Positions 46,258-56,621 of a stretch of DNA of 64,000 nt are shown here, one piece after another. Source of the stretch: Peptococcaceae bacterium 1109 (GTDB taxonomy: Bacteria; Bacillota; Limnochordia; Darwinibacteriales; Darwinibacteriaceae). A program made the translations under genes and the position numbers. The first letter of the stretch is position 1, and every line of letters begins with the position of its first letter. The notes below the pieces were generated by a model. That model searched no databases, was not told where the DNA came from, and saw only the letters and a list, made by a program, of their open reading frames with translations. The DNA lies in assembly GCA_001028815.1 (NCBI GenBank), contig LDJB01000001.1:513634-577633 (forward strand). Direction: 5' to 3'.

Positions 46258-48219
46258 TCAATCCCCAACCAACTTGATGCCGCTGCCGTGAACAACCAGC
46301 GAGCCATCGACTAGGTACGCATGGACATCCATCGCGGGCTCATCAAAGCGGTAGCGCTGTTGAGCGATGCTTATGATAACGTTTGAATGCACCGTCTGGC
46401 ACTTTAGGCGGCCGTTAGTTACAATTGTGGCGTTGGTGGCCACACCGGTGGGGCCTCCAAGCTCTTTCAAAATGATATTGCCCTGGTTAACGGTGATAGA
46501 TCCGCCCCGGAAAAGCCCTCTTTCCATATGGAAGCCCTTTCCTGCTATAACCGTGGAATAGTAGGCCCCTTGCCCCTCAATTATAACAGATCCCGCGGCT
46601 TCCAGGCGACTATTTTGCAGGTAGCGGGCGCGAATATCCGCTTCATTTTCCGCCTCTGCACTTAGCACTTCTTCTTGCTCTGCGATCATCTGGGACAGGC
46701 GGGTGATAGCATCAAGGCTGAGATTGGCCCTGGTGCCCTGGGGGTTGAAGTTTACCATCAAGCGAGCCACGATTTCGTGAAGCTCGGGGCTAAGCTGGTA
46801 GGACACCTCGCCGAACAGATCGCCCAGCTCTTCGATGCTTTTCAGCATCGCTGAGAACTTCAGATCCACCAGGTGCCGCAAAAGGAGTGCCTCAGAGATG
46901 CTCTCGCTGTGCTTGGCCACCGAATGAAAGGCTCTCTCTAGCTTGACCAAGTAATCGCGGATATTATGAAGTATCCCCGCGATTTTCATCTGGACAATGC
47001 TGAGGCCCCCTGCCTGTAGTTCGGAGGCTACCACATTCCGTTGCACCACGATGGAACCGTAGCTGCGAATGACTGCGCCGCTCACTAACCCTCCCACATG
47101 GACGGTGCCGGATAATGACTCTACCTTAACGTTCTCGAGGACACTTCCTCGGATCACGATGGCGCCATCGAAAGTGATATTCCCTGTGGAAATATCTGCA
47201 TCAGACTTTAGTTCTAACACTGGGAGTACTTCTATGATGTTTCCCCGCAGCAGGGGCAGGCCTGAAGTGGCCGCTGTGGCCGTTGTTCCATCCCGGCTCA
47301 GGTTCGCCCCCTTGCCGCACTTGATCTGGAGATCCTTGGGCTTCCCTACAGGGATCTTCCTACCAAACACATCCGTCCCAGGAGTCCCCGGTTCCGGCGG
47401 GATTTTCACCGCCAGGATAGCTCCCTCTTCCACGCTAGAGATGCCGTACGCCTCGTAGTAGTCAATCCGGAGGGCATCTAGGTCTACCTGATTGCGCTTT
47501 TGAAACACGTAATCAACTGTTGCATCCTTGGGGGGGATCGGCGGCTGCCCTTGCGCCACCACAACAGAACCCTTGGGTTGCGACAGCATCTCTTGGTTTA
47601 GCCCTTCCAGGTTGAGCCCGTAGGAAATCCCTTCGGATTGTACCGCGACGGCCACATCGTCCACTGTCAGGGGTTTTGGCTGAAGCACAGTCTGTTCCAG
47701 GCGAAGCTGAATTACATTCGCGGGCGGCTGCTCCCCCAGGCGGTACTCTATCCCCTGGATCTGCTGCCAATGGAAGTGGGCTGTAAGGCCATCTTTGTCC
47801 ACCGAAACCTCGATGTGGACAACGGGTTCCATGTTTTCTGGCAAGATGATATCCAGCCCATTCAGGCCATCAGTAAGCTGAACACTGTTCTGCACCAGCT
47901 CTCCCCCGTACCTTACAGTAATGCGTTTATCAATGATCAGGCGCGGTGGGTTACCCCCTTCTTCTGGGGGTTCGTACCCAAGCTTACCGTCTTTGATCCA
48001 TGCTTTGCCGTCCCGATTTCGGGGTGGAGTGTTTGTCTCTTGGGCCTTATGCTTACGGGTCAGCTTCACCTTGGCATCGCTTCGGGCCAAACCCAAGAGG
48101 CGCTTTTTGGGAACCTCCAATACCTCGATCTCTACCTCGTCACGGGTCGCACCCAACTCCTTGAGGCCTTCCGCGATGGCTTCATCGATGGTTGCCGCAC
48201 TGCCCACCCATTCGTTCAT
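46258..48219 (-). CDS. fapA: FapA-family (DUF342) flagellar assembly protein A-like
   Basis: FapA N-terminal domain plus C-terminal beta-helix-like repeats; terminal gene of the che operon. Confidence 0.7.
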   Translation of the reverse strand: MNEWVGSAATIDEAIAEGLKELGATRDEVEIEVLEVPKKRLLGLARSDAKVKLTRKHKAQETNTPPRNRDGKAWIKDGKLGYEPPEEGGNPPRLIIDKRITVRYGGELVQNSVQLTDGLNGLDIILPENMEPVVHIEVSVDKDGLTAHFHWQQIQGIEYRLGEQPPANVIQLRLEQTVLQPKPLTVDDVAVAVQSEGISYGLNLEGLNQEMLSQPKGSVVVAQGQPPIPPKDATVDYVFQKRNQVDLDALRIDYYEAYGISSVEEGAILAVKIPPEPGTPGTDVFGRKIPVGKPKDLQIKCGKGANLSRDGTTATAATSGLPLLRGNIIEVLPVLELKSDADISTGNITFDGAIVIRGSVLENVKVESLSGTVHVGGLVSGAVIRSYGSIVVQRNVVASELQAGGLSIVQMKIAGILHNIRDYLVKLERAFHSVAKHSESISEALLLRHLVDLKFSAMLKSIEELGDLFGEVSYQLSPELHEIVARLMVNFNPQGTRANLSLDAITRLSQMIAEQEEVLSAEAENEADIRARYLQNSRLEAAGSVIIEGQGAYYSTVIAGKGFHMERGLFRGGSITVNQGNIILKELGGPTGVATNATIVTNGRLKCQTVHSNVIISIAQQRYRFDEPAMDVHAYLVDGSLVVHGSGIKLVGD

Positions 48220-48235
48220 CAAAGTAGGTCTCCTT

Positions 48236-49009
48236 TTACACAGTTTTGGCGTAGATGCAGTAACTCACTCGCTCCAGGCCGAAGGCGTGAGGATCCATAA
48301 TGTGTTCCGCTGAACCCACCACGAAAAAACCGCCTGGTTTGAGTGAGTCCACAAAGCTGTGAATGAGGCGCTTCTGTGTGTCCGCGGTGAAGTAAATAAA
48401 AACATTTCTGCACAGAACTAGATCGAAAGGTTTGGGGTAAGGGTCTTGCAGAAGGTCGTGGCGGGCGAATTTAACCATGCGCCGCAGTGTATCGGAGATC
48501 TGATACAGGTTGCCGCTCTTGACGAAGTGAGCCCTGAGTAGGTCAGGTGGAACGCCGCCCACTTCACTATCAGAATAGGTTCCTTCTCGGGCTCTCGCAA
48601 GGATGACTTCGTCAATGTCTGTGCCTAGGAGTTCTCTGGCCCGAGCACCCTGCTTGATGAGGAGCATGGCAATGGAGTATATTTCTGCCCCAATGGAGCA
48701 GCCCGCGCTCCAGATGCGGGGCATGTTTCCTCCAGAGGTGATTGATGGCAGCACCTGCCGTGCGATGCTTTCAAACACCCCTTGATCTCGGAAGAACTGG
48801 GAAGTGTTGATCGTGAGGTACTTAGTAAATGCTGCCCGGTGATCCAGATCTGTCCTGATGCGAGCGATGAGATCAGTATAGCTTGCCATGCTGTGCCGGG
48901 TCAGCCACTGGTTGATGCGTCGGCGCATCTGCTGTTCCTTGTAGGAGTTAAGATCAATGCCGAGCACCTGGAAGAGCTGGTTCTTGAAGACTTCATAACC
49001 GTTCTGCAA
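48236..49009 (-). CDS. cheR: chemotaxis protein methyltransferase CheR
   Basis: CheR N-terminal helical domain + SAM-binding motifs (WSAGCSIGAEIYS). Confidence 0.9.
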   Translation of the reverse strand: MQNGYEVFKNQLFQVLGIDLNSYKEQQMRRRINQWLTRHSMASYTDLIARIRTDLDHRAAFTKYLTINTSQFFRDQGVFESIARQVLPSITSGGNMPRIWSAGCSIGAEIYSIAMLLIKQGARARELLGTDIDEVILARAREGTYSDSEVGGVPPDLLRAHFVKSGNLYQISDTLRRMVKFARHDLLQDPYPKPFDLVLCRNVFIYFTADTQKRLIHSFVDSLKPGGFFVVGSAEHIMDPHAFGLERVSYCIYAKTV

Positions 49010-49023
49010 GGCTACAACCCCAT

Positions 49024-50091
49024 TCAGTCAGAAGTGCGCATAGCTTGAACGAGTTTCACGATTGACTCCCCAATGCGTTCTAGGGGAAGGATATAGTCGG
49101 CATTCCCTTCCTCTGCAACAGCTCTAGGCATGCTGTAGATGGTTGAGGTTTGCTGGTCCTGGGCAATGGTCCTTCCTCCGGCGGCCTTAATTCTCGCCAT
49201 GCCGTATGCTCCATCCCTGCCCATACCGGTTAGGATTACGCCCAGGATTTGCCCTCCGAAGACTTTTGGAAGTGATGCCATGGTTACATCAATGGATGGG
49301 CGTACGAACTGCACAGGGGGGTCTTGGTTGAGGCGCACTCGCTTCTCCAGATCCACCACCATGTGGAAGGATCCAGGCGCCAGCAGGGCAGTGCCCGTTT
49401 GGACCACGTCCCCATCCTCCGCCTCCTTGACACTTAATCCCCCAAGGCTGTTTAGGCGTTCTGCAAAACTCTTCGTAAAGGGCTGGGGCATGTGTTGAAT
49501 GAGTAGGAATCCCGCAGGGATATCCCTGGGAATGCCCATAATAACCTGTTCCAAAGCCCTGGGCCCCCCTGTGGATGCTCCGATGGCTACCACCGTTTCT
49601 GCTGCGCCCGGGACCCTTCCCCCTTCCGCTGGCTTTGGCCTTATGGTGGGAAGGGGCCTGCGGGGCAGGGCCTTAGCTTGCAGGGCAACCACCTTAGCAC
49701 CAAAGGCGGTCTTGATTTTGGCAACTAGTTCCGGTGCTATGAGATCAATATCTAAGGAGATCTCCCCTGATGGTTTGGGGACAAAATCTACCGCACCTAA
49801 GGCAAGTGCTTGTAAGGTAGTATCAGAACCCTGCTTGGTGCGGCTGCTCAGCATGATTACAGGTTTAGGCTCCCCTGCCATGATGCGGCGCAGCGTTTCT
49901 AGCCCATCCATGACAGGCATTTCCACGTCTAATGTGATAACATCAACGTCTAGGGCGGCCAGCTTTCGCAAGGCATCCGCGCCGTTGCGTGCCGTTGCCG
50001 CCACCTCAAGTTCTGGATCAGCGGATATGATCTGACTGATCATCTTCCGCATAAAGGCGCTATCATCCACAATGAGGACTCGGATGGACAT
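49024..50091 (-). CDS. cheB: chemotaxis response regulator protein-glutamate methylesterase CheB
   Basis: REC domain (VLIVDDSAFMR...D) + methylesterase domain (GASTGGP). Confidence 0.95.
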   Translation of the reverse strand: MSIRVLIVDDSAFMRKMISQIISADPELEVAATARNGADALRKLAALDVDVITLDVEMPVMDGLETLRRIMAGEPKPVIMLSSRTKQGSDTTLQALALGAVDFVPKPSGEISLDIDLIAPELVAKIKTAFGAKVVALQAKALPRRPLPTIRPKPAEGGRVPGAAETVVAIGASTGGPRALEQVIMGIPRDIPAGFLLIQHMPQPFTKSFAERLNSLGGLSVKEAEDGDVVQTGTALLAPGSFHMVVDLEKRVRLNQDPPVQFVRPSIDVTMASLPKVFGGQILGVILTGMGRDGAYGMARIKAAGGRTIAQDQQTSTIYSMPRAVAEEGNADYILPLERIGESIVKLVQAMRTSD

Positions 50092-50100
50092 GAGACCACC

Positions 50101-50586
50101 TCAAATATCGATTGGGTCCTTGCCAATAGCCGTGACTGTCACACGCCCTGTGTCCACATAAAAGCGCATCTTCCGGCCATGATGGCCTGCTACATCTTGC
50201 CCAACCACTGGTATATCGTGAAGTTTTAAGTGTGCTAAGACTGCTTGGATGTTCTGCATTCCAATATTGCCGTTAGGTCCTGCAAGGTTTGCAAAAAGAT
50301 TAGCGCCGCCCGCTAACTTTGCCCACAGACGGCGTTTTTGAGCCCCCAACCGTACCGCCTCCTCGATTAAGGCTGGTATGGCTGTATCAGCGAACTTACC
50401 CGGGAGCTCCACCTTGGCGCTGTGCGGCCTGGACTGGGGTAAGAAGATGTGCCCCATTACGCCCACCTGGGCAGAGCTGTCATAGAGTGCTACGCCAACA
50501 CATGAACCAAGGCCCACGGTGGTTAGAATACCATCCCCGGCCATTCCATGAATCTGTCCCATATTTACAAACACTTCCCGCATCAC
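50101..50586 (-). CDS. cheD: chemoreceptor glutamine deamidase CheD
   Basis: GLGSCVGVALYD signature. Confidence 0.9.
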   Translation of the reverse strand: MMREVFVNMGQIHGMAGDGILTTVGLGSCVGVALYDSSAQVGVMGHIFLPQSRPHSAKVELPGKFADTAIPALIEEAVRLGAQKRRLWAKLAGGANLFANLAGPNGNIGMQNIQAVLAHLKLHDIPVVGQDVAGHHGRKMRFYVDTGRVTVTAIGKDPIDI

Positions 50587-51191
50587 ATTTCCTCCAGGCC
50601 AAGGACGCGGGCGATCTTCTTAAACTCATCTTCGGCTGGCAGGAGAATAATGTTGCCATCGATGGCGACTCCTTCCGCGGAGAACTCGGTCCGGATCAGA
50701 GTTACTTCATCATCTACAAGTGCCCCAGCGAGTATGCTCTGCCACACTGCCCCAGCCATGTCTATGGCTAGGCCGGGAATGCTGGGTTTCATCACCAAGC
50801 CAGTGAGCGCAGAAAGCGCGTTCAAATAAGAAGTAATCATGATGTTGCCTAGTTCCTCTATGGCCGAACGTCCCAGAGCATCAAAGACTTCTCCGCTGCG
50901 GCCGTTCCCAACCAACAGTTTTACAAGCACGGCTGCACATTCCACCGGCAGGATAAATGCCATGTAGCCGGAAACATCACCGGATATTTGGATAAAAACC
51001 CCCGCCACCGTCTGGTCAAGGCCGCCGATAAATTCCGCTAATTCGCCAAAACGGAGTATGCGGACATCAGGGACTTCGAGCCGAAGCAGTTTGCCCTGCA
51101 GCATATCCGACAGAGCGATGGTGGCGTGTCCAACGCCTATGGTACCCAGCTCACGTAAGAAATCTACTTTGCGGCTTGTCATTGGGCCCAC
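50583..51191 (-). CDS. cheC: CheY-P phosphatase CheC
   Basis: Duplicated CheC motifs (E..N...S..LS). Confidence 0.85.
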   Translation of the reverse strand: MGPMTSRKVDFLRELGTIGVGHATIALSDMLQGKLLRLEVPDVRILRFGELAEFIGGLDQTVAGVFIQISGDVSGYMAFILPVECAAVLVKLLVGNGRSGEVFDALGRSAIEELGNIMITSYLNALSALTGLVMKPSIPGLAIDMAGAVWQSILAGALVDDEVTLIRTEFSAEGVAIDGNIILLPAEDEFKKIARVLGLEEM

Positions 51192-51193
51192 CC

Positions 51194-51556
51194 TTACGGC
51201 GCAGCCTTGCGCAGCGCCTCTACAACACGATCTGCATCAAAGGGTTTTACAAGGAAGTCCTTGGCTCCCGCATTCAAAGCTTCGATAACCATAGGTTTCT
51301 GTCCCATGGCACTACAGACGATGATCTTCGCGTTCGGATCGTGCTTCATTATCTCCTTGATAGCTGTAATTCCATCCATTTTCGGCATTGTAATGTCCAT
51401 TGTGACCAGATCAGGACGCAATTCTAAATACTGGGCAACTGCCTCTTCCCCATCTGCTGCTTCCCCCACGACTATGTATCCGTTCTTCTGGATGACATTC
51501 TTGAGGGTCATGCGCATGAATGCCGTATCGTCAGTAATGAGTACAGTCTTTGCCAT
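51194..51556 (-). CDS. cheY: chemotaxis response regulator CheY
   Basis: 120 aa REC domain: DD...D(phospho-site)...T...K. Confidence 0.95.
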   Translation of the reverse strand: MAKTVLITDDTAFMRMTLKNVIQKNGYIVVGEAADGEEAVAQYLELRPDLVTMDITMPKMDGITAIKEIMKHDPNAKIIVCSAMGQKPMVIEALNAGAKDFLVKPFDADRVVEALRKAAP

Positions 51557-51570
51557 GCGAATACCATCTC

Positions 51571-53544
51571 CTATCTTAATAAGGTGCTGTTATCCAATAT
51601 TAGGGCTACACGGCCATTGCCTAAAACGGCTGCTCCTGCCACACCCTTGACCTCGCCAATCAAGTCGCCTAGGCTTTTGATAACAATTTCTTGCTGGCCG
51701 ATTAAGTCCTCGACGATAAATGCCCCCTTCTGTCCCCGTGCCTCCATCACAATTACCGACAGGCTTTCCTCATCGTCTCCCATGGACAAGGGAGTAAAGC
51801 CGAGACATTCCGCCAAATCATACAGGGGCAGCACCTCATTGCGGAGTACAATCACGTTGTGCTGCTGGACAGTCTTAATCTGGCTCTTGGTGATTTGCAG
51901 GTTTTCTCGCACCGCTTGAATTGGGATGGCGTAAGTTTCTCCATCTGCCACCACTAGCAGTGCTTTGATAATGGCTAAAGTAAGAGGCAGTTTGATAATT
52001 ACCCTCAGGAACTTCTCCGGTTCTGATTCCACCTCAATAGTCCCGCTTAATGACTCGACCACCGCTTTCACTGCATCCAAACCTACGCCCCGCCCGGAGA
52101 TGTCAGTCACTGTTCCTGCGGTACTGAACCCAGGCTGGAACAAGAGGTTAACGGCTTCGTCCAAGGTAAGGCTTTCTGCCTCTTTAGGAATAAGTCCTCG
52201 CTCAACGGCCTTTGCCCGGATTTTCTCCACATTCAGGCCGCCGCCATCATCGGCTACTTCAATTAAGATGTGGCTTCCTTCGTGGCGCGCACCTAGGCGA
52301 ATGGTTCCCACTTCCGGTTTTCCCCGGGCAATACGCACGCTGCGCTCTTCAATGCCGTGATCTATGGAGTTGCGGATTAGGTGGACAAGAGGATCGCCGA
52401 TCTGGTTCACCAGGGAGCGATCTAGTTCTGTCTCTTCCCCAAAAATCTCTAGGTTGATTTCCTTGCCGCTTGCTCGGGCAAGGTCCCGCACCATACGGGG
52501 AAAACGATGGAAAACATGCCTAATCGGGACCATTCGCAGGTTCATCGCGGCGTGCTGGAGTTCGGTAGTCACCCGATCTAGCTGGCTCACGACCCCTTTG
52601 TGCTCCGCATCCTTAAGATCTTTCACTACCTCGAGGACTTGCGTGCGGCTGATGACCAGTTCCCCCACGAGGTTAACCAGCTTGTCCAAGCGCTCGGTCT
52701 CAATGCGCACATACTTGTCGTTGGTACGCTGCTGGATCTGTGCTGTCTTCAGGAAGTCTACTGGATTAGCTTCAATGTTCAGGGCCGCGGCTGCTTCTTG
52801 CTGCCCAGTTGGCTCTGGAAGAGCTAGTTCCATCACCTCTACCCCATCGATTTCGGAAATACCCTCCACGAGGCTCTGCACGCCTTCAGCCCGTTCTTGG
52901 GTGAGGAGTAGGAGGCTGAAATCCAGATCGAAGCGCTCATCCTCCAAGTCGTGCGCTGGCGGGTCGCTCTTAATGACTGTTCCGACGCTCTCTAGAGCCT
53001 GGAAAATGGTGAACACACGTACTGACTTTAGGAGAGTGTTGTGCCGCAGCGTAATGTGAACGACATAGGCCTTAAGCCCTTGGGTGTAGGCTTCTCGGAT
53101 GGTTTCCCGATCGTAGTCATCGATTTTGAGGCCACCAAGTTCACCGCCTCCCAAAGCGGTGGCACCCTGCGTACCTGCAAGTTCCTTTAGACGCTTGATG
53201 AGCTGTGAAGGACTGGTGGGGGCTGTGCCTGCCAAGGTGGCTTCCAGCACTTCTTCTAAGACATCTACTGACTTAAACAGGAGATCTACCACATGCTGTT
53301 CTCCAGCGAGCTGGCCTGTGCGCAGCAAATCCAAGACGCTTTCCATCTCGTGGGTAAAGGCGGATAACTCCTGAAAACCCATGGTGGCAGCCATGCCCTT
53401 CAGGCTGTGCGCTGCCCGGAACATGTCATCAAGGATAAGCCGGTTGCCTGGGGCCTGTTCCAGCCGCAGCAGGTCTTGGTTGAGTGATTGGAGATAGTCG
53501 CGGGCTTCAGCAGCGAAGATTTCCTTGAACTCACTTGTATCCAA
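51571..53544 (-). CDS. cheA: chemotaxis histidine kinase CheA
   Basis: Hpt (HSLKG), dimerisation, HATPase_c and CheW-like domains. Confidence 0.95.
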   Translation of the reverse strand: MDTSEFKEIFAAEARDYLQSLNQDLLRLEQAPGNRLILDDMFRAAHSLKGMAATMGFQELSAFTHEMESVLDLLRTGQLAGEQHVVDLLFKSVDVLEEVLEATLAGTAPTSPSQLIKRLKELAGTQGATALGGGELGGLKIDDYDRETIREAYTQGLKAYVVHITLRHNTLLKSVRVFTIFQALESVGTVIKSDPPAHDLEDERFDLDFSLLLLTQERAEGVQSLVEGISEIDGVEVMELALPEPTGQQEAAAALNIEANPVDFLKTAQIQQRTNDKYVRIETERLDKLVNLVGELVISRTQVLEVVKDLKDAEHKGVVSQLDRVTTELQHAAMNLRMVPIRHVFHRFPRMVRDLARASGKEINLEIFGEETELDRSLVNQIGDPLVHLIRNSIDHGIEERSVRIARGKPEVGTIRLGARHEGSHILIEVADDGGGLNVEKIRAKAVERGLIPKEAESLTLDEAVNLLFQPGFSTAGTVTDISGRGVGLDAVKAVVESLSGTIEVESEPEKFLRVIIKLPLTLAIIKALLVVADGETYAIPIQAVRENLQITKSQIKTVQQHNVIVLRNEVLPLYDLAECLGFTPLSMGDDEESLSVIVMEARGQKGAFIVEDLIGQQEIVIKSLGDLIGEVKGVAGAAVLGNGRVALILDNSTLLR

Positions 53545-53563
53545 TAGCCCACCTTCTTTCTAG

Positions 53564-54568
53564 CTAGCGCACGCTTTCGATGCGATCTTGGGGAGAAGCG
53601 ATTTCTGTGACTCTGATACCGAACTGTTCCCCCACAACGACCACTTCACCGCGGGCTATAAAGGTATCATTGGCGTAAATATCGATGGGTTCACCGTGAA
53701 TTGAGTCCAGCTCCACAATGTGTCCGGGCCCAAGGCGGAGGATGTGATCGATGGTCATACGGGTGCGCCCCAGAACTGCCCGGACAGTTACGGGAATGTC
53801 CTTAATCAGGTCCACTTTGACATTACCTAGCTGGCCTTGGGGCGCCGCCTGTTCTGGCATGGCCGTGGGTTCTGCACCGGCCAGTTCAGCCCATGAATGG
53901 ATATCTGCCGTAGGGATCTCCGCCCCAATCCCTGCAGGACTTGGAGAGGCAACAGGGTGTTCAGTGGGCATCACTTTTGCCACCATGCCCTTGGCAAACG
54001 CTAGATCGATGATCTGAAGCATGGTGCTGTCTACCAAGTCATCGATCTCAATCCTAAAAGATACGGTTACCACTTGATGCTCCTCTGGGACCTCAGTCAC
54101 TAAGGGCTCTTGTCCTAGATCCTTTGTCTCCACCTTGGGCGGCGAGATCTCGATGGAGTCTTGGAACAGTTCACTCATGGCAGTCGCGGCAGAGCCCATC
54201 ATCATGTTCATGGCTTCTGAAACAGCACTAAGATAGATCTCATCTAGTTCCTTAGGGGGATTGGTACCATCTTCCCCCATCATGAGGCTGCCGATGACCA
54301 AGGCATCCTGTTCCCGCATGACCAGGATATTTTCCCCCTGCAGGCCCGACAAGTACTGGACATTTACCAATAAACATGGCACAGGGTATGAAGACCTCAC
54401 TGAGGCTAGGTTGCGCAGGCCTACTTCAGGTACAGTGATGCGAACCTTGCGGTTCACCAGAGCGCTGAGTGCGGTTGCGGCGGATCCCATAGAAATGTTG
54501 CTAATTTCAGCCAAGGTATCCTGCTCCATGGCAGTAAGTTCCATTGCTCCGCTGGCAAAATCGTTCAT
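53564..54568 (-). CDS. fliY: flagellar motor switch phosphatase FliY (CheC-like N-terminus + FliN/SpoA C-terminus)
   Basis: N-terminal CheC-like repeats (EISNISMGSAATALS), C-terminal FliN domain; ATGA overlap with fliM stop. Confidence 0.85.
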   Translation of the reverse strand: MNDFASGAMELTAMEQDTLAEISNISMGSAATALSALVNRKVRITVPEVGLRNLASVRSSYPVPCLLVNVQYLSGLQGENILVMREQDALVIGSLMMGEDGTNPPKELDEIYLSAVSEAMNMMMGSAATAMSELFQDSIEISPPKVETKDLGQEPLVTEVPEEHQVVTVSFRIEIDDLVDSTMLQIIDLAFAKGMVAKVMPTEHPVASPSPAGIGAEIPTADIHSWAELAGAEPTAMPEQAAPQGQLGNVKVDLIKDIPVTVRAVLGRTRMTIDHILRLGPGHIVELDSIHGEPIDIYANDTFIARGEVVVVGEQFGIRVTEIASPQDRIESVR

Positions 54569-55566
54569 TCTCCTTCTCCTCCCTGGCCTTGACACACAGC
54601 AGTGATCACCACACCAAACTTGTCGCCAATCCGCCCTGGTGTGGCCTTAAACTTGTTGAGGGACCCGATCCTCACGTCAATCGTCTCATTTCTGGTGCGG
54701 TCTAAAACGATCACATCGCCCACATCCAGGTCCAGGAGATCCTGGACTGTAACCACTGCAGAACCTAGCTCCACTTCCACCGGCACAACCGCAGAACGAA
54801 CCTTTGCTTTAAGGCGCTCAATTTGGGCAGGGTCTGGGGCCTGCAAAGACTCGAACATCCGGGCTTGAGTGAGGCTTCCCATGACCGGTTCAAGGGTCCG
54901 ATATGGCAGGCAGATGGTGACCATATCCTGCAGTTCATTCAACTTGAAGCTCAAGGTCACGAGGGCAACAACATCCCGATCTGAAGCTATCTGCAGAAAC
55001 TGGGGGTTGTTCTCAATACCTGCCAGGTTAAACTGAAGGGGCTGCACATCGGTCCAGGCATCGGCGAGGAGGTTGTTGATCGCGTGCAGAACCTGCTTAC
55101 GGAAGACCGCAATTTCGATGTCCGTTAGGCTCCTGGTACGCTCGGGCAGCCGTCCCGGCCCACCGCATAGGCGGTCGTGGAGGACGAAGGCGATCTCGGG
55201 GGTGAACTGGATCACGATCGTCCCCTGCAGCGGAGACACCTCAAACATGCTCAAAACAGAGGGGTTGGGCAGCGACCGCACATAGTCGCCAAACGTAAGC
55301 TGCGTAATGGAACTTACACTTAACTCTAGCCTGGCTCGGAGTTTGGCGGACATTAAGCCCGCGTACGTCCGGCAGAACTGCTCGTGAATGCGCTGCAAGC
55401 CACGGATATGGTCTTTCGTAAACTTGTTCGGTTTACTGAAATCGTATGTCTGGCTTGGAGTTGCATCCATGATCAGTTCTACATCTTGGTCCATCTTTGG
55501 TGCTGTTGCTGCTTGGATTAGCAGATCAATTTCTTCTTGCGACAGAATATCGTGCACGCTGCTCAC
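54565..55566 (-). CDS. fliM: flagellar motor switch protein FliM
   Basis: LSQEEIDLL N-terminus, FliM middle domain, FliN-like C-terminus. Confidence 0.9.
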   Translation of the reverse strand: MSSVHDILSQEEIDLLIQAATAPKMDQDVELIMDATPSQTYDFSKPNKFTKDHIRGLQRIHEQFCRTYAGLMSAKLRARLELSVSSITQLTFGDYVRSLPNPSVLSMFEVSPLQGTIVIQFTPEIAFVLHDRLCGGPGRLPERTRSLTDIEIAVFRKQVLHAINNLLADAWTDVQPLQFNLAGIENNPQFLQIASDRDVVALVTLSFKLNELQDMVTICLPYRTLEPVMGSLTQARMFESLQAPDPAQIERLKAKVRSAVVPVEVELGSAVVTVQDLLDLDVGDVIVLDRTRNETIDVRIGSLNKFKATPGRIGDKFGVVITAVCQGQGGEGE

Positions 55567-55642
55567 CTCCGGGTCAACTCACCAGTAAAACGCAGTCTCT
55601 CTGAGGTATTATCGGCATTGCCGAAGGCTACCTTGAGGACTG

Positions 55643-56113
55643 TTATGCCCCTTCCCCATCTGCGGCGAGGGCCTGAAGCTCGATCTTCTCTTCGCTGGTG
55701 AGAATCTTGTCCACTTCCAAGAGGATAAGCAGGCGGTCCTCATACTTCCCCACTCCCGCAAGGTATTGCGACTTGAGTCCCGCGATCATGCTCGGGGGCG
55801 GGTCAATTTGGGACTCTGGGAGGCGGAGTGTTTCTGTAACTGCGTCCACGATGAACCCCACTTGGTTTTCGTTCACTTCTAGGATGATGATGCGGGTGTC
55901 TTGGGTGTCTTCCTGTGCCTCTACCCCGAACCGCTTCCGGAGGGAAATTACGGGAATGACAACACCCCGCAGATTTGTGACGCCTTCAATGTAATCACTC
56001 ACATGGGGCAGACGGGTAATGTGCCGTGGTTTGATAATTTCCCTGACCTTCGTGATTTCGACACCAAATTCCTCGTTGGCTAAGCGGAATACGACCAGCT
56101 GCCGTTCTGCCAT
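55643..56113 (-). CDS. cheW: chemotaxis coupling protein CheW
   Basis: CheW-like domain; start at MAERQ (GGAGG 8 nt upstream). Confidence 0.9.
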   Translation of the reverse strand: MAERQLVVFRLANEEFGVEITKVREIIKPRHITRLPHVSDYIEGVTNLRGVVIPVISLRKRFGVEAQEDTQDTRIIILEVNENQVGFIVDAVTETLRLPESQIDPPPSMIAGLKSQYLAGVGKYEDRLLILLEVDKILTSEEKIELQALAADGEGA

Positions 56114-56210
56114 GTTCATCGCCTCCAATGCTGTGGCAAGAAATAACATACTGTATTAGATATTTCGACTTACCCCCCTGTTCTCCTGCCGAAAATCGAG
56201 CGCGCGAAAA

Positions 56211-56230
56211 CTCCAGGCATTCGCCTGGAG
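56211..56230 (-). terminator. terminator after spoVAEb (separates spoVA and che units)
   Basis: ctccaggc-at-tcgcctggag hairpin followed by TTTTCGCGCGCTCGATTTT on the minus strand. Confidence 0.6.
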
Positions 56231-56248
56231 TGAGGGTTCTAGGGGAAT

Positions 56249-56599
56249 TCAGTCCCGGGGTTTGGAGACTATAGCCATCAAGCTTCCAAATACCACTGCT
56301 GCGGCCAGCCCCAGGCCTGTGATTTCAAAGGCACCGGTAAACAACCCTTCCCAGCCAAGGCGCTTGATTTCCGACAGCATCCCCCTCGCGATAGAACTGC
56401 CGAAACCGCTCACTGGGACAAGGGCCCCTGCCCCGGCGAACTTCAGGAAAGGCTCGTAGATTCCAAGGCCTCCTAAGAGCGCACCGATCACCGTGAGGCC
56501 CACTAAGACATGGGCAGGAGTGAGTTGAGTGTACTCTAGCACGAGCTGCGCGGCAGCGCAGATTAGGCCTCCTGTTAGAAAGGCAATCACATACGACAC
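56249..56599 (-). CDS. spoVAEB: stage V sporulation protein AEB (SpoVAEb)
   Basis: ...FLTGGLICAAAQLVLEYTQLTPAHVLVGLTVIGALLGGLGIYEPFLKFAGAGALVPVSGFG... closely matches SpoVAEb; GTG start with AAGAGAGG RBS (track ORF over-extended). Confidence 0.85.
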   Translation of the reverse strand: MSYVIAFLTGGLICAAAQLVLEYTQLTPAHVLVGLTVIGALLGGLGIYEPFLKFAGAGALVPVSGFGSSIARGMLSEIKRLGWEGLFTGAFEITGLGLAAAVVFGSLMAIVSKPRD

Positions 56600-56621
56600 A
56601 GCCACACCTCTCTTGAGGAAT

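Noticed and set aside
52364-53059. 231-aa plus-strand ORF
   Set aside because: Antisense to cheA; Ser/Arg-rich low-complexity translation typical of antisense frames.
56114-56210. Possible sigma-D promoter (TCGAAATAT) upstream of cheW
   Set aside because: -10-like element present but no TAAA -35 at the right spacing.
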